Virus record (IMG/VR): IMGVR_UViG_3300042351_000809
DNA: 64,000 nucleotides
Strand: one strand, 5' to 3'
From: a virus
The notes beneath the pieces are model-generated. The model was not told the DNA's origin. It did no database searches and was given only the letters and a program-made list of their open reading frames with translations. The position numbers and the translations under genes were made by a program. Shown here piece after piece: positions 10,262 to 23,100 of the stretch. Each line of letters starts with the position of its first letter. Position 1 is the stretch's first letter.

Positions 10262-12013
10262 TTAGACACCATAAGTTTTGCGTGTTGCGTTGAAATTTTG
10301 TTGTATTTCTGCCACAGTCAAAGCTCTACTATAGGCTCTTGCAGTTGAAACGATTGCATTACTAGCATAATCTATACTCGCTGCACCAATATAATATGCA
10401 GATGTGTATTGTCTTAATTGCTTTGTTAATGTAGCGCTACTTTGTATGATACCATTAATATATAAATATCTCATTGAAGCTTCTACGTCTGCGACATATA
10501 CGACATGATACCATGTATTTAATGCTCCTGTGTATGTCATTCCTGTGTTCGTTGAATCGTTATACCATGTAATTATTCCAATAATATTATTACTTGCTTT
10601 ATAATGCATTATACCTTCATGATATCCTGAACGACCGAAAAGATAACCATCATATGCTCCCGGCGGAGTTCCTAATAATTTTATCCAGCATTCATATGTG
10701 TGAGTATTATTACTTAAAGAATCTAAAGTAGAATTAGATACAGGAGTGATATATGGTCCTGCCGTATTTCCATTAAAATAAAATCCGCCACTATCAAACA
10801 AAACATTAGCGCCGTTTAAATCAATATTATAGTTATTTCCGCTTATATCCAATAAACCTCCGCCGTTTGCAGCAGTATTTGCAGAACTAGTTCTACTTGT
10901 TAGAGTAAAATCTGTAGGAAATGATTTTGCTTCTAATTGAACATTTGCAATTTCAATCCAAGTACCATTAGACCCTGCGTGAGTTAAATATGGATACTGA
11001 GTACTTCCCGCATGAGTAAATTTAGCGCTATATTTATACCACCCAGTAGCAGCATCAATAGAATAAGATTTTATAGTTCCTAAATTTTGATGATTTATAT
11101 TTAGCGTTGTCGTGATATTTGATCTTGCCCAAAATGAAATTGTATAGACTACTCCATTTATAAGAGTATTCCAATTAGAGCTAAAAAAATCCATAGCGCC
11201 AGCCGCTGCCCTTGTTACTCTTAGAGGTATTGCGCTATAAGATGTACTTCCAGAAGAATAAATCACTGTTGAAGACTGAGTAACATAAGAATTTCCTGTT
11301 CCACTCCAAGATCCAAAAGTCCACCCATTCTGCGTTCCTCCAGAATCTGTTCCAGATATAGCAGAAGCAAAGTTTGCATTGTTCGTTATATTTGTGGTAT
11401 TCTCTGGTCTTGCACTTAATTCATTTGCCATAGAAGCAAATGCCTTTGCATAAGAACCAGAATTAATCATTATATCTCTTATCCAAAATGGCTCACCGGG
11501 GTATATAGCAGATGATCCACTTGTCGTTCCATTCACTACTCTTACCATTTGGATTTGAACATAATTATAACCAGTACAAGTAAAATTTTCTCTTTTAATT
11601 GTTTGCCAAGTACCAGTGCCTGTTACACTTGCCGCAAATTCTTCTCCTTGTGGATAAATTCTAAATCCAAAAGTAAAAATAGAATCTTTTGGCAATAAAA
11701 CTTTTGCAGAGAAGCTATAAACACCGGGAGGTTGAAATCCACCATTGCCAGCTATAATACCGCAAGACGCCCAAAAACCGGGCGAAAACTGATATCCTCC
11801 TGCCAATGGAACTACTTTAAGAGCAGTATATCCAGTACTTGTATCTTTTGTTATTGTTGATACCCAATAAGAAGAAGCACTTTCGCAATTAGCAGTCACT
11901 ACCCCAGCATAATTTGTAGCAGCTTCTCCTCTAAAGCTTTTCAAAAATTCACGGTTATAATATAACTGTAAATCTTTCTTTACTACTCCTCTGTTGCCGT
12001 GCTGAATGGACAT
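10262..12013 (-). CDS. Carbohydrate-binding module plus LamG virion protein
   Basis: YTISFWARS...W.KYS..F (CBM-like) and a C-terminal LamG domain. Confidence 0.7.
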   Translation of the reverse strand: MSIQHGNRGVVKKDLQLYYNREFLKSFRGEAATNYAGVVTANCESASSYWVSTITKDTSTGYTALKVVPLAGGYQFSPGFWASCGIIAGNGGFQPPGVYSFSAKVLLPKDSIFTFGFRIYPQGEEFAASVTGTGTWQTIKRENFTCTGYNYVQIQMVRVVNGTTSGSSAIYPGEPFWIRDIMINSGSYAKAFASMANELSARPENTTNITNNANFASAISGTDSGGTQNGWTFGSWSGTGNSYVTQSSTVIYSSGSTSYSAIPLRVTRAAAGAMDFFSSNWNTLINGVVYTISFWARSNITTTLNINHQNLGTIKSYSIDAATGWYKYSAKFTHAGSTQYPYLTHAGSNGTWIEIANVQLEAKSFPTDFTLTSRTSSANTAANGGGLLDISGNNYNIDLNGANVLFDSGGFYFNGNTAGPYITPVSNSTLDSLSNNTHTYECWIKLLGTPPGAYDGYLFGRSGYHEGIMHYKASNNIIGIITWYNDSTNTGMTYTGALNTWYHVVYVADVEASMRYLYINGIIQSSATLTKQLRQYTSAYYIGAASIDYASNAIVSTARAYSRALTVAEIQQNFNATRKTYGV

Positions 12014-12030
12014 ACTAAGTTATTATACTT

Positions 12031-12306
12031 TTAATTTGAAGGTAAGAATACTTTTCCTACGATTGAATTATTTGAAGCTTTAAATTTTTGAATTGTATCA
12101 TTTATTTGAGATTTTAATCTGTCAAATGCTAATTGACATATCTCTTCTTCGGATAACCCATTCGTTTCAGAAAACATTAAAACGCTTTCATAATTAACAT
12201 GTTTCCCAAAAGATAAATCAGTGATTAAAAATCCTATCACAATAGAATTAGGGTTTGGCACTGGGCATAACTCGTATTTGTATATTTTGTATTCAATTTC
12301 TTGCAT
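12031..12306 (-). CDS. Hypothetical protein
   Basis: 91-aa ORF in operon. Confidence 0.6.
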   Translation of the reverse strand: MQEIEYKIYKYELCPVPNPNSIVIGFLITDLSFGKHVNYESVLMFSETNGLSEEEICQLAFDRLKSQINDTIQKFKASNNSIVGKVFLPSN

Positions 12307-12312
12307 AAAATT

Positions 12313-15300
12313 TTATTTGAATAATGGTATGTAAACTGTATCTGCGGGACTAAGCGCCCCAGTCTGTATTGGCATCCATCCAACGAAAGTTTTACCAGCA
12401 GTACCTCCTGCGGCTCCTGCAAGCATAGCAGATTCTACTCTCAGGACTGGATTAAGACCATCACCTTTAATATGAAGCCTTGCGGCGACGGGAGAAGCCC
12501 CAATTCCCACATTTCCATCATAATTAAAATTAACAGTATTTATCCACGCATTTGAAGAGTTGTAAGCCCAAAGAGCTAAATTTGTACCTGCGGCATTTGG
12601 TTGAAAATTGTAAGCTCTACTATTCGCTGCGTTTGCTAAATATAATGTAGAAGAGATTGAATCAGAGCCATTTTTTAGGACTCTCGCTCCAAGGTCTGCA
12701 CCTCCTACTGTTAAAGTATTTGTAACTACAAAGCTGCCATCTGTTTTAAGTTGACTTGTTGACGATCTATAAATATTAGCCGCAGAATCTGCTCCAAAAG
12801 TTATACCACTTGCAGCCGATGTTGAACCGGCACCGCCAACACCTAAGATTGTAGCTGAATTCGACAAGCCTATTCCAACGGTTCCTGCAAAGAATCTATT
12901 TCCGGGTTGATAAACTTTTATAACTTTCCATCCAGAAATACGACAAGCCCTTGTTCCAGTTCCTGCTGTGTAATTAAATAAAGCTAGAGGAGTCCAATAT
13001 TTAGTACCTGCTTTAAATTGACCAATTGTATTCGAAAATCCACCAATATATCCAGTTACTTTAATCCAGCTAGTACCGGGATTATAATTACTCATTACCC
13101 AATAACCATAAGAACCGGGATTGCCTCCTAAGTTGCCAAAATTTTGATCTAAGTCTTGACTTCCCATGTAGTGGCCTTGAGCCGTTCCTACATTTTGTAT
13201 CCAGCACTCCATGTAGAAAACATCATTAGTATCTACTGGAATATATGGGAAACCAGAACCATATGGTCCCCCAACATCAACTGAACCATTAATATAAATA
13301 CAATAACCACCGGGAGCATCAGCCACTGCCTCCCAAGTGACATTAGAATTGTTAAAATATCTTTGAAGTTCAACTTGACTCCAAGTAGGATCTATTTCAA
13401 AGACGGTTTCTCCTGCGGCATAATGTCCAACTGGATAAAGCTCAGTATTGTCAACCCTAGTATTTGTTCTTAAAATTCCCCCTCTAACATCTAATTTTTC
13501 AAATGGACTTGTAGTGGCTATTCCAACATTTCCATTGCTTGCATCAATACGCATTCTTTCAGTTGAGCCACTAGCATAGAATCTTAAATGAGCCGCAGTA
13601 GCGCCGTTACTATTATAATTAACATACATTCCATCCGTATTAACGGTAGATTCATTTCTAATAACTCTTATATTAGCGTATATATCATTAGCATTAGATG
13701 ACGTATTTAATACTGAGACTGCTCCAAACCTTAGAATATTTGCAGAAGCAATACTCATGTCTCCACCAGAAACAACCAATCGATAAGCAGGATTTGTAAT
13801 TCCAATACCTACATTGCCTAAGTTATCAATTCTTACTCTTTCTGTATGCTCAAGATCAAATGCAGAAGTATGCAATGCAATACCAACTTTTCTATTATAA
13901 CCAGCACCACCAGCAACATCTTCTTCTGAAACAGCATATATAGCAGCAGTTTTTGAATTAGTATTTGGACTATCAATACTACCATTTAATTTAATACCCC
14001 ATTTTGCATTATTATTTGAATTAGAAGCTGGAACAGCATTAAATGGAGCAGTTAATATTAAGAAATCATTAACCCTACCAGCATTCATGTATGCATTAGC
14101 AGATGCAGTATCTAATTGTATTCTAGAACCTGTAGGAGTAGTTTCTACAACATGTAATTTACTTGTAGGAGTAGATATATTTATACCAAAATTTCCACCA
14201 TTCTTTAATGTAACTTGTTGAGATCCAGATCCTGCTGCGCCGAGTATTACATCTCCACCATTTGTATGTAGACGAACATCATTTGTTCCAGCCGCTCTTC
14301 TTATTCCATGAGATTGATTGCCTAAGAAAAATCCTCCTTCTACGGAATTGCTATTTACATCAGACACAACAAAGCCTCTAACATCTAATTTTTGAGAAGG
14401 CGTTGATGCTCCAATTCCTACATCTCCAGCAGTAGTGATATTAAATCTATTTGCAACACCATTAGCATGAAATGCGAAACCTCCATTGCTACTATACAAA
14501 TTCATCGAATCTGCGCCACCCCAACTTGTACTGCTTCTATTTTTAAAGAACTGAGCATTACCATTGCTAGTGGTCCAAACTATATTTGTAAATAATGTAT
14601 TATTAGTACTACCTAAAATTAATCCAAATGCAGTTTGATTATTATAAAACCTAACTGCGTCTTGATTTGTGCCATATACATCTAATTTATATTGAGGATC
14701 TGTACTACCTATGCCAACATTACCAGCACTAGTTATGCGCATCTTTTCTGTTGGCAAAGTGTTTGTAGCATTAGTTGCAAATACCAAAGATTGACAATTA
14801 TCACCTGCGCCTCCTAAGTCTATTCTTCCTCCAATGTAAGAATAAGCATTTGAATTAGTTGTTGTGTTAGTGAACGCAAGCACAGAAGCAGTATTAAAAA
14901 CATTAGATCCAGCGGTGCTGCGCATCCTTGTAATTATATTAACTGCGGCATTTGTTCCAGCCCCAACAATATCTAATTCGTATTCAGGATTATTTGTTCC
15001 TAATCCTATCTTATTGTTAGCCAAAACAAAATCATTCGCACCATACTGACCCATTACAATTCTGTCATCTGCGAATACTTCAAGCACAGGCAAACCTGCG
15101 CTATTATTTACAGACATTAATGAATCAGACAAGTCATCAACAACTGAGAAAAGTATTCCATTTGTACCATCTGCTCTAAGAACAGTTTCGCCAGCTACTG
15201 AAGAAACCACATGAAGCTTGCCGCTCGGAACATTTGTTCCTATTCCAACATAACCTCCTTGATTGAATCTAATTGCTGATAACCAAGCATTTCCTGCGAC

Positions 15301-18300
15301 ATTTCCTACATTAATATCAATAGGATTAGTAAAAGCATTAGAGTATAGATTACTATTAAATTGAATATAATCTAAAGACCTTATGCGCCCAGCCGCTAAA
15401 AATCCACCATCTGTTCTAATAGAAGCACTTGAATCTCTATAAAGATTTGCAGAAGCATCTCCACCAAATGTTAGACCACTCGCAGCAGTTGTAGAACCAG
15501 CGTTACCAACAGACAATAAAGTAGTGGGTGTATTAGTTCCTATACCAACTAAACCAGCAGCAGTAATACGAATTCTTTCAGCGCCATTAGTTCCAATAGG
15601 CATGACGTTTGCTGCATTTAGCACCAAATTACCACCCATTCTTATTTGAGTGTTTGCGCTTGGGCCTTGGATCGTACTCTCGTCTTGAGACAAGAGAATC
15701 GCAGCTACACCAGCAGCGTTACTTTGTACAATTTGTAATCTAGCTGTAGGATTAGTAATTCCTACACCTACATAACCCACAGCATCAATAACCATCCTTG
15801 TTACTCCGCTTGTGCCAAGTGAAAGAGGCTGACCGAGTATTGTTTGTAATTTAACTTGATAGTTGGTTCCATCTCTTACAGTAGAAAACTCTCCTAAAGC
15901 AGTTCCCAATTCGCTCAATCTAAAACTTACTTTATTAGCAGCAGAAACTCCATTGCTTGCGATATTCGCTAGTATATTTTCGCCGCTATTTAAGTTAACT
16001 TGCAGTTTGTCTCCGGGATTACTTGTACCAATACCTACGTTTCTGGTGCTATTGATTACCATTGCTGGAGAAGCGGTAGGAATTCCAACGTCAATACCCG
16101 CTACATTATTACTAGTAGCTGTCCAAAACCACAACTCTCCTCCATGCCAGTTAGCGTCAACTACTTGAGAACGTCTTCTACCGGCAATTACAGCAGTAGC
16201 TTGAGAGTAGTTTGATGAATTTGACTTGCTTCCAAATACTAATGCAGGAGAAAATGTATCATTTGTATTTGAATCATTGTGAAGAATGATTCCAAGTTGT
16301 TTTGGCTGAGTAGTAGCGGTATTATCAGAGTAGCTTACAACCAATGCTCTGGTCATAGAGTTACCTTGCAATTCTCCGGGATTAAAATTTAAATATCTAG
16401 CATTTGGAATTGTTACATCTCCATTAACATGGAGCGCAAATTTAGGAGCAGTATTTGAAATACCAATATTAGCACCTGAACCTACATATAAATCAATACC
16501 TCCTATTGGATTCGTAAAGGAAATATTATTGGTTCCAATTCTCATCGCTGGACCATTATGTGTTCCAACTAGCCAAGTACTTCCTAATGAATTAAATAAA
16601 GCAGAACCTCCTAATACAGAAGCATTATTCCATCCTCCCGCAGTTGTATATGGCACATAGCTTAAACTATTTGCAGCATCACCTGCCATTAGTGATTTAT
16701 TATTATTTGCTGTTGCTCCTCCATATACTTGCAATGTCGCACCGGGATTATTTGTGCCTATGCCAACGTTTCCTATATTATTAATCCTTAATCTTTCAAC
16801 ACCGCTGGTATAAAATCTTGTATTACCATGTGTAAAACTAGCATTGTTTTTTGTTAATTGTCCTATTTCTAGAGACCCACCAGCTACACCAACAGTACCG
16901 GGAGTATAAGCTATTCCTACTTGACTATCCCAATCCCAATCTTTACTTATTAATATTGTGCTTGTGGCATTATTTCCCATCATCCACAAATTACCATCAT
17001 TGTATCCTAATAAATCAAACCCATTGTATCTTACGCGTTCATTTCCTTGCGTTAATTTAGCAACTACAGCATTAGATGTTCCAGCAGCTATTTCAAGTTT
17101 ATAACTAGGATTTGTTAATCCAATACCAACATTTCCACCGCTTGCAATATAAACAGTATTACCTCCTATATTATCAGTAAACTGAATACCATTTGCTCTA
17201 CCATATAATTGACCAGCAAAAGTATTAGTTCCACCATTAAACAAGGCAAATCCATAACCATTAGCAGGTCCAATTTGCCCAACTCCAGTAACTCTTAAAG
17301 CTCCAGCTACTTCTAATTTTACAACTGGACCTGTAGTGCCAATACCCACATTTCCATTTTCATTTGTATATATTTGTTTTGTATTTGCGGAAGTTGCAAT
17401 TTGATAAGTATAAGGCTGACTCCACGAACTTGATGATAAAACAAACTCATTAGGTGATGGACCGTTTACTGTTACAACAATATTATTAGCGTAACCAGTA
17501 CCATAACCACCATTTATAGCGCCATTAGTTTTTAAAACTAAAGATGGCGTTCCATATTGACTAGTGCTAGAATTAGATAATGCTAAAAGAGTAACGTCAT
17601 CATTACTGCAATTATAAGTGGCGCATTCTAAAAGTTTTACATTAATCCATGTTTCATTTGGTCGATAAGAAAGATGGCAACTAGCCAAAAATGTTCCTGC
17701 CCAAACGAGGTTTCCACCATTTACTGAAACTTGTATCAACTGACTAGAATAAGAAGCATTTCCTAATACTACTGTATATTGACCCCAGTTAGCATTAGTT
17801 GATTTAGAAAGAGAAGAATAATAAGCAGAATTAGAATTATAAATTAATCCTGCGACGTTAAGAGATCCATCTGTTTTAATGGTATCTTCGGCAGCGCGAT
17901 AAAGGTTTGCTTGAGGATCTGCTCCGAAAGTTATTCCACTTGCTGCGGTTGTTGAACCTGCGCCACCAACTCCAATAAGACTATCAGGACTTAACAATCC
18001 TACTCCTAAGCGACCAGCGGCAGTAAGGATCATTTTAAATGTTTGATTTGGTCTAAAGAACAAATCATTATTACCAATTGTATCAATAAATCCTTGACCA
18101 TCCCATCTGATTATTTCTCCACCAGAAATTCTAATACTTCCAGCAACATGGAGTCTATCAGAAGGATTTCTTATTCCTATACCAATGTTCCCACCAAGGG
18201 GATTTAATAATAATGGCCTTGCAGTGCTGCTAAGAGTTCTTACTTGTTGCCATATACCATAAGGAGAAGTATCATCTGATCCAAATGCTATCTGACCATT

Positions 18301-20133
18301 TTCACTACGAATAATTGCAGCAGCGGGTTTATTCCAAGTTAAAGAAGGAGGATATAAAACAGTATCTAAGACATGAAGCCTTCCGCTTGGATCATTAGTA
18401 TTTATTCCTAATCTTGCTTGGTCAGTTAAAATCATTAATGTCGCAGAATCAGCAGCATTTTGCCAAAATATTGATCCACTAACATTAGTATTATAGAAAA
18501 AAGTATTGGCTGAAGCGGTTGCAAACCAAGGCTTGAGGACTCCACCGGGAGTTCTAGTATAAGCACCATAAGAGTTATTTATACCAGCAATTATTGCACC
18601 ATTTACATCTAATTTTTGAGAAGGAGTCGTTACTCCCATTCCAATATTACCATTGCTAATAATAGACATAGCAACTGTGCTATTATTAACAAGAAAATGC
18701 ATAGGATCTGATGTGACCTGTCTAACATAAGCACCAGAACCAGCAAGAGAAGAACCTTCGTAATATCCTAAAAGCAAACCATAACCACCATTTCTATTCG
18801 CAGCAAACCATTTTTCTGTTCCCGGTCCAGTTGAACTTATTTGTATAGGTACATTACCATCAGACAATGATCCATTGCCTACAGAAAGGAGAGCTAATGG
18901 ATTCGTTGTCCCTATTCCAATTTTACCATCATATTGAAAGTATGCAATTGTAGCTGCATCAGAAGAATTTTTTATTGATAAAGCAGACAAAGTGGCATCA
19001 TGCATTCCAAAACTCATGTTATATGATGAACCTCTATTGAATCTAATTCTAGATGCAGAGCTATATAAATCCAATAGTGCAGCAGGATTTGTTGTTCCTA
19101 TTCCTATATTTCCATCAGAACCAATTACCATTTGCGGTGAAGCTTCAGGAGTTCCACCGCCATCAACTTTAGTATAAAAATATAATTTACCACCAGCAAT
19201 TGTGCCATTAGTTCCACCTTGAATAGCCTTAATAGCAGCTATTTGTAAATGTGCATCTGTTTGTCCTCTTGCTCTTGTAAAATAAATGCCACCTACTCCA
19301 GAGCCGTCTCCTGAATTATTTGAGATTAGATTTATATCTGCTTCATTTGTTTCAGAATATAAGTCTAAAAATTTAGCACTAGGATTTGGTCTAAAATAAG
19401 TAGCATTGCTATTTATTAAAGATCCCGGATTACTTATTCCAATGCCAAGATCACCAGCAGCATCAATTCTGACTAACTCTGTATTGAATCGTGTAAATAT
19501 ATGTGCAGCAGAAGCTGCGGCAGTATTACCTGCATCTACCCTGTAAGTCATTACAGAGTTATTGTTTGATATACTATTAGTATATAATGCGTCATCTATA
19601 ATTGTTATCGTAGTCGCGGCAGATCCAGAGACGAGCATGGAACCAGAGACATGCAGTTTAGATGCGGGATTTGTTACTCCTAGACCCACATCACCAGCAG
19701 CAGTTATACGCGCAACTTCAACAGGACTTGTAGCATTAGTTAAAAACCTAATTCCATCGCGTGATTGAGAAGCTATTTCTAAACCCAAATAAGCTGTGGC
19801 ACTCGTCCTCGCAAGACGTATGTAAGCGGAAGCATTAGCAGTGCTATTATTTAATTGAAAATTATAACCGCAATAACCCACATTTGAAGTCGCATCTCCA
19901 GATACGTTGTATCCAAAAGCATTTGTATTTGTGCTAATCGTCCCTAAATTTAAATCAAATGGATAATTTGGACCAGTAGTCCCTACGCCAAAATAACCCG
20001 CAGGAGTAATGTAAAGTCTATTAGCATTATTTGTCTTCAATGACATTGCTTGGCTATCAGATGTCCTGATAACTAGCGTTCCTGCTGTTGAATTTACATC
20101 GTTTGACGCTGGTGTAATTACGATATCGCCCAT
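12313..20133 (-). CDS. Giant tail fibre / receptor-binding protein (2606 aa)
   Basis: Dozens of GNVGIGTTNP..KL.V repeats separated by variable modules. Confidence 0.8.
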   Translation of the reverse strand: MGDIVITPASNDVNSTAGTLVIRTSDSQAMSLKTNNANRLYITPAGYFGVGTTGPNYPFDLNLGTISTNTNAFGYNVSGDATSNVGYCGYNFQLNNSTANASAYIRLARTSATAYLGLEIASQSRDGIRFLTNATSPVEVARITAAGDVGLGVTNPASKLHVSGSMLVSGSAATTITIIDDALYTNSISNNNSVMTYRVDAGNTAAASAAHIFTRFNTELVRIDAAGDLGIGISNPGSLINSNATYFRPNPSAKFLDLYSETNEADINLISNNSGDGSGVGGIYFTRARGQTDAHLQIAAIKAIQGGTNGTIAGGKLYFYTKVDGGGTPEASPQMVIGSDGNIGIGTTNPAALLDLYSSASRIRFNRGSSYNMSFGMHDATLSALSIKNSSDAATIAYFQYDGKIGIGTTNPLALLSVGNGSLSDGNVPIQISSTGPGTEKWFAANRNGGYGLLLGYYEGSSLAGSGAYVRQVTSDPMHFLVNNSTVAMSIISNGNIGMGVTTPSQKLDVNGAIIAGINNSYGAYTRTPGGVLKPWFATASANTFFYNTNVSGSIFWQNAADSATLMILTDQARLGINTNDPSGRLHVLDTVLYPPSLTWNKPAAAIIRSENGQIAFGSDDTSPYGIWQQVRTLSSTARPLLLNPLGGNIGIGIRNPSDRLHVAGSIRISGGEIIRWDGQGFIDTIGNNDLFFRPNQTFKMILTAAGRLGVGLLSPDSLIGVGGAGSTTAASGITFGADPQANLYRAAEDTIKTDGSLNVAGLIYNSNSAYYSSLSKSTNANWGQYTVVLGNASYSSQLIQVSVNGGNLVWAGTFLASCHLSYRPNETWINVKLLECATYNCSNDDVTLLALSNSSTSQYGTPSLVLKTNGAINGGYGTGYANNIVVTVNGPSPNEFVLSSSSWSQPYTYQIATSANTKQIYTNENGNVGIGTTGPVVKLEVAGALRVTGVGQIGPANGYGFALFNGGTNTFAGQLYGRANGIQFTDNIGGNTVYIASGGNVGIGLTNPSYKLEIAAGTSNAVVAKLTQGNERVRYNGFDLLGYNDGNLWMMGNNATSTILISKDWDWDSQVGIAYTPGTVGVAGGSLEIGQLTKNNASFTHGNTRFYTSGVERLRINNIGNVGIGTNNPGATLQVYGGATANNNKSLMAGDAANSLSYVPYTTAGGWNNASVLGGSALFNSLGSTWLVGTHNGPAMRIGTNNISFTNPIGGIDLYVGSGANIGISNTAPKFALHVNGDVTIPNARYLNFNPGELQGNSMTRALVVSYSDNTATTQPKQLGIILHNDSNTNDTFSPALVFGSKSNSSNYSQATAVIAGRRRSQVVDANWHGGELWFWTATSNNVAGIDVGIPTASPAMVINSTRNVGIGTSNPGDKLQVNLNSGENILANIASNGVSAANKVSFRLSELGTALGEFSTVRDGTNYQVKLQTILGQPLSLGTSGVTRMVIDAVGYVGVGITNPTARLQIVQSNAAGVAAILLSQDESTIQGPSANTQIRMGGNLVLNAANVMPIGTNGAERIRITAAGLVGIGTNTPTTLLSVGNAGSTTAASGLTFGGDASANLYRDSSASIRTDGGFLAAGRIRSLDYIQFNSNLYSNAFTNPIDINVGNVAGNAWLSAIRFNQGGYVGIGTNVPSGKLHVVSSVAGETVLRADGTNGILFSVVDDLSDSLMSVNNSAGLPVLEVFADDRIVMGQYGANDFVLANNKIGLGTNNPEYELDIVGAGTNAAVNIITRMRSTAGSNVFNTASVLAFTNTTTNSNAYSYIGGRIDLGGAGDNCQSLVFATNATNTLPTEKMRITSAGNVGIGSTDPQYKLDVYGTNQDAVRFYNNQTAFGLILGSTNNTLFTNIVWTTSNGNAQFFKNRSSTSWGGADSMNLYSSNGGFAFHANGVANRFNITTAGDVGIGASTPSQKLDVRGFVVSDVNSNSVEGGFFLGNQSHGIRRAAGTNDVRLHTNGGDVILGAAGSGSQQVTLKNGGNFGINISTPTSKLHVVETTPTGSRIQLDTASANAYMNAGRVNDFLILTAPFNAVPASNSNNNAKWGIKLNGSIDSPNTNSKTAAIYAVSEEDVAGGAGYNRKVGIALHTSAFDLEHTERVRIDNLGNVGIGITNPAYRLVVSGGDMSIASANILRFGAVSVLNTSSNANDIYANIRVIRNESTVNTDGMYVNYNSNGATAAHLRFYASGSTERMRIDASNGNVGIATTSPFEKLDVRGGILRTNTRVDNTELYPVGHYAAGETVFEIDPTWSQVELQRYFNNSNVTWEAVADAPGGYCIYINGSVDVGGPYGSGFPYIPVDTNDVFYMECWIQNVGTAQGHYMGSQDLDQNFGNLGGNPGSYGYWVMSNYNPGTSWIKVTGYIGGFSNTIGQFKAGTKYWTPLALFNYTAGTGTRACRISGWKVIKVYQPGNRFFAGTVGIGLSNSATILGVGGAGSTSAASGITFGADSAANIYRSSTSQLKTDGSFVVTNTLTVGGADLGARVLKNGSDSISSTLYLANAANSRAYNFQPNAAGTNLALWAYNSSNAWINTVNFNYDGNVGIGASPVAARLHIKGDGLNPVLRVESAMLAGAAGGTAGKTFVGWMPIQTGALSPADTVYIPLFK

Positions 20134-20137
20134 ATTT

Positions 20138-23100
20138 TTATTCCATATCCCTTTCGATTACAAGTTTAGAAACATCCTTACGTTCTGCAAAAATTGTATA
20201 GTAATAATTATATATATTATCATCACTATCTGTATAAATGTACACTTTGTTGTGCCCTATTTGATCTACACTATAGTTTCTTATTTTCCCGTCTTTACGC
20301 TTTCCTACTGCTGTTAAATTAACAGTAATAGAATCATCATGAACCAAACCTGACCAATAATGAGGTAGATCTATTTCATTGTTATTGTTTTGACCTCTGT
20401 AATAAACGCCATTTTCTGGACCTTCTAGAGAGGCATAGGTTAGTCTCTTGCCAGAAACCGTTGGGTGAACTATATCGAAGCTCTTTGTTGTAGCAGCGAA
20501 GCTGCCATTAACTTGTAATTTATAAGAAGTACTTGTAATGCCTATTCCAATTGTTCCATTGGAGGCTATTCTCATTGCTTCTGTGTTTCCGACTCCAACC
20601 CCAAAAGCCATTCCATAAAGCGAGCCGCTTGGGTTAAATTCAATGTAAGCTTGATTTGTTACATCTGTACGCTTTTGAATCTTCGTGCTGGCAGTTGTCC
20701 AGTCTCCTCCTGTTGCAAAACGTGTTTCTACAAAATTAATTTGTGAAACGTTTCCATTATTGACAGCATAAGTAAATCCAGTAATAGTAGATCCAGCAGG
20801 AATGCCGGGTAATAATCCTGCATTTATATTTAAGGTAGTAACAGTAACAGTATTAGTACTGAAATTACCATTGACTACTAAACTGCCATCTGTCTTTAAT
20901 GTGTCTGTTGCGCTTCTATAAAGATTAGCTTCACTATCTCCGCCAAATCTTATTCCTTCTGTATTTGATGTAGCCCCTGCTGAACTTACATCTAACAGTC
21001 CAGAAATATAAGCGGTTCCAATTACTACTAATTTTTTATCAGGATTAGTCGTACCTATACCGACATTTCCATTTGCTGCGATGTAGAGACTTTCATTAGA
21101 AGTGTTTGTTCTAAGATACATGGCAGCGTTTGCTGCTAGTATTAGATTTCCATTACTAGTTGATTTTGTTAATATTGAAAATGAACCACCCGTTCTACCG
21201 CCAACTATTTGAGCAGATCCAATCGTACCAATTTGGACCTCATCTCCATTAGAGCCAGTAACATGAAGTTTAGCAGAAGGATTAGTTAATCCAATTCCTA
21301 CATTTCCATTTGGGAAAACTGCTCTATTATTTGCTCCGCCTCCATCAGCATAAATTCCAAAAAACTCTGTAGCACTTGCACTATTATTAGCTACTGCAAT
21401 TGTAAATGGATGAGTCGCATCATATATAGAAGAAATGTTTGCGAAGTAAGCTCCGGGACCACTTGCAGTTTGGAGCCTTAATTGAGTTCCATTTGAATGG
21501 ATTGTTAAAACTCCAGTTGGAGCGATAGTGCCAATACCAACATTACCATCATTAGCTATTCTTACTTTTTCAGATGATGCAATTGAAAATGTAATCGCTG
21601 GAGATACTGCCCCTGCATAATCTGTATTTAATCCTACAGTATTACTGCTTTCATTAGCATATATAGCTAATGCTGGATTAATTGTAGCTCCAATTCTTCT
21701 AAAATATCCAATAGTACCATCAGATGTTTTTTGTACATCTAATTTATAACTTGGAGCCGTTGTTCCAATACCAACATTACCACCATTTGGATTTAATAGT
21801 AATGGATAACCTAAAGATAAATCTACACGACTTGTAGATTGTAACCAATTTCCATTTCCGCCGTTGCCGCCAATATCTAATACTAAATTGGAATCACTAT
21901 TTCTTAGTCTTAAGTTGACTCCTGTTGCAGTTGTACCTGCTGCGATTGGGAAGCTTCCAATTGGTCCTACAACGTCTAGTGCAACGACTGGTGAAGTAGT
22001 TCCAATTCCTATACCATTAGAGTTTAATGAAATAGTTCCTTTAGTTACAAATCCATAAGTAAGGTCTAATCTATTACCAGCATAATAAATTAATCTAGCA
22101 TTAGAATCTCCTCCAACAGAATTTGTAAAGTCAATATAAGCTCCATTTGCTCCTAGTAATTGTAATTGAGCATAAGCGTCTGCGTAATTAAAGCCCATTG
22201 AACCTACTTTATTTAATCCATATCTGCTTCCAGAAGAAGAATTATCTGAAACTACAAAAGGCCAGTTAGTATCAGAAGTTGAAGCATTTATTCCTAGTGA
22301 ACCATTTACATCTAGTTTAAATGAAGGATTAGTGTTGCCAATTCCAACTTTATTATTAACAAGAACAAAATCGCCGCTTCCATATTGCCCTGCGACAACT
22401 CTATCGTCAGCGAATACTTCAAAAACTGGAAGACCAGCAGAATTATTAACCGACATCAAAGAGTCACTTAAATCATCAGTGACTGAGAAAAGAGTACCAT
22501 TAGTTCCATCTGCTCTTAAAACGGTTTCTCCAGCGACAGAAGAAACTACATGAAGCTTTCCGGTTGGTTGTGTTGTACCTATTCCTACATAAGAGCCTCT
22601 TCCAATGTACAGAGCGGTTTCCCAAGCATTTTGAGCTACATTCCCAACAAATACACTCAAAGTTCCATAAGGTGCCCCTCCATAAATTTCACCAAGAGCA
22701 GTTTGTAAATACGAAGCAGCATATATATAAGAAGAAGACGACAAAGAAGCAGCAGTAAAAGCGGCATCTGTTTTAAGAAGATCTTCAGAAGCGCGATATA
22801 AATTTACTTGAGCATCGCCTCCAAAAGTTAACCCACTTGCTGCTGATGTTGAACCGACACCACCAACTGATAAAAGAGTTGTTGGAATATTCGTACCTAT
22901 TCCTAATTTACCATCAGATGTAATTCTTACTCTTTCTGTTTGTTGAGTATGAAATGTTGTATGATTCCAACTGCTTAAAATCATTCCGTCAATTACAGAA
23001 TCATATTTTAGATACTGAGAAGAAATATCATTAGCCCAACTAATAGCAGATCCACTTCCAGCAGCCATATAAATACTGCCGCTGACATTTAATTTTAATG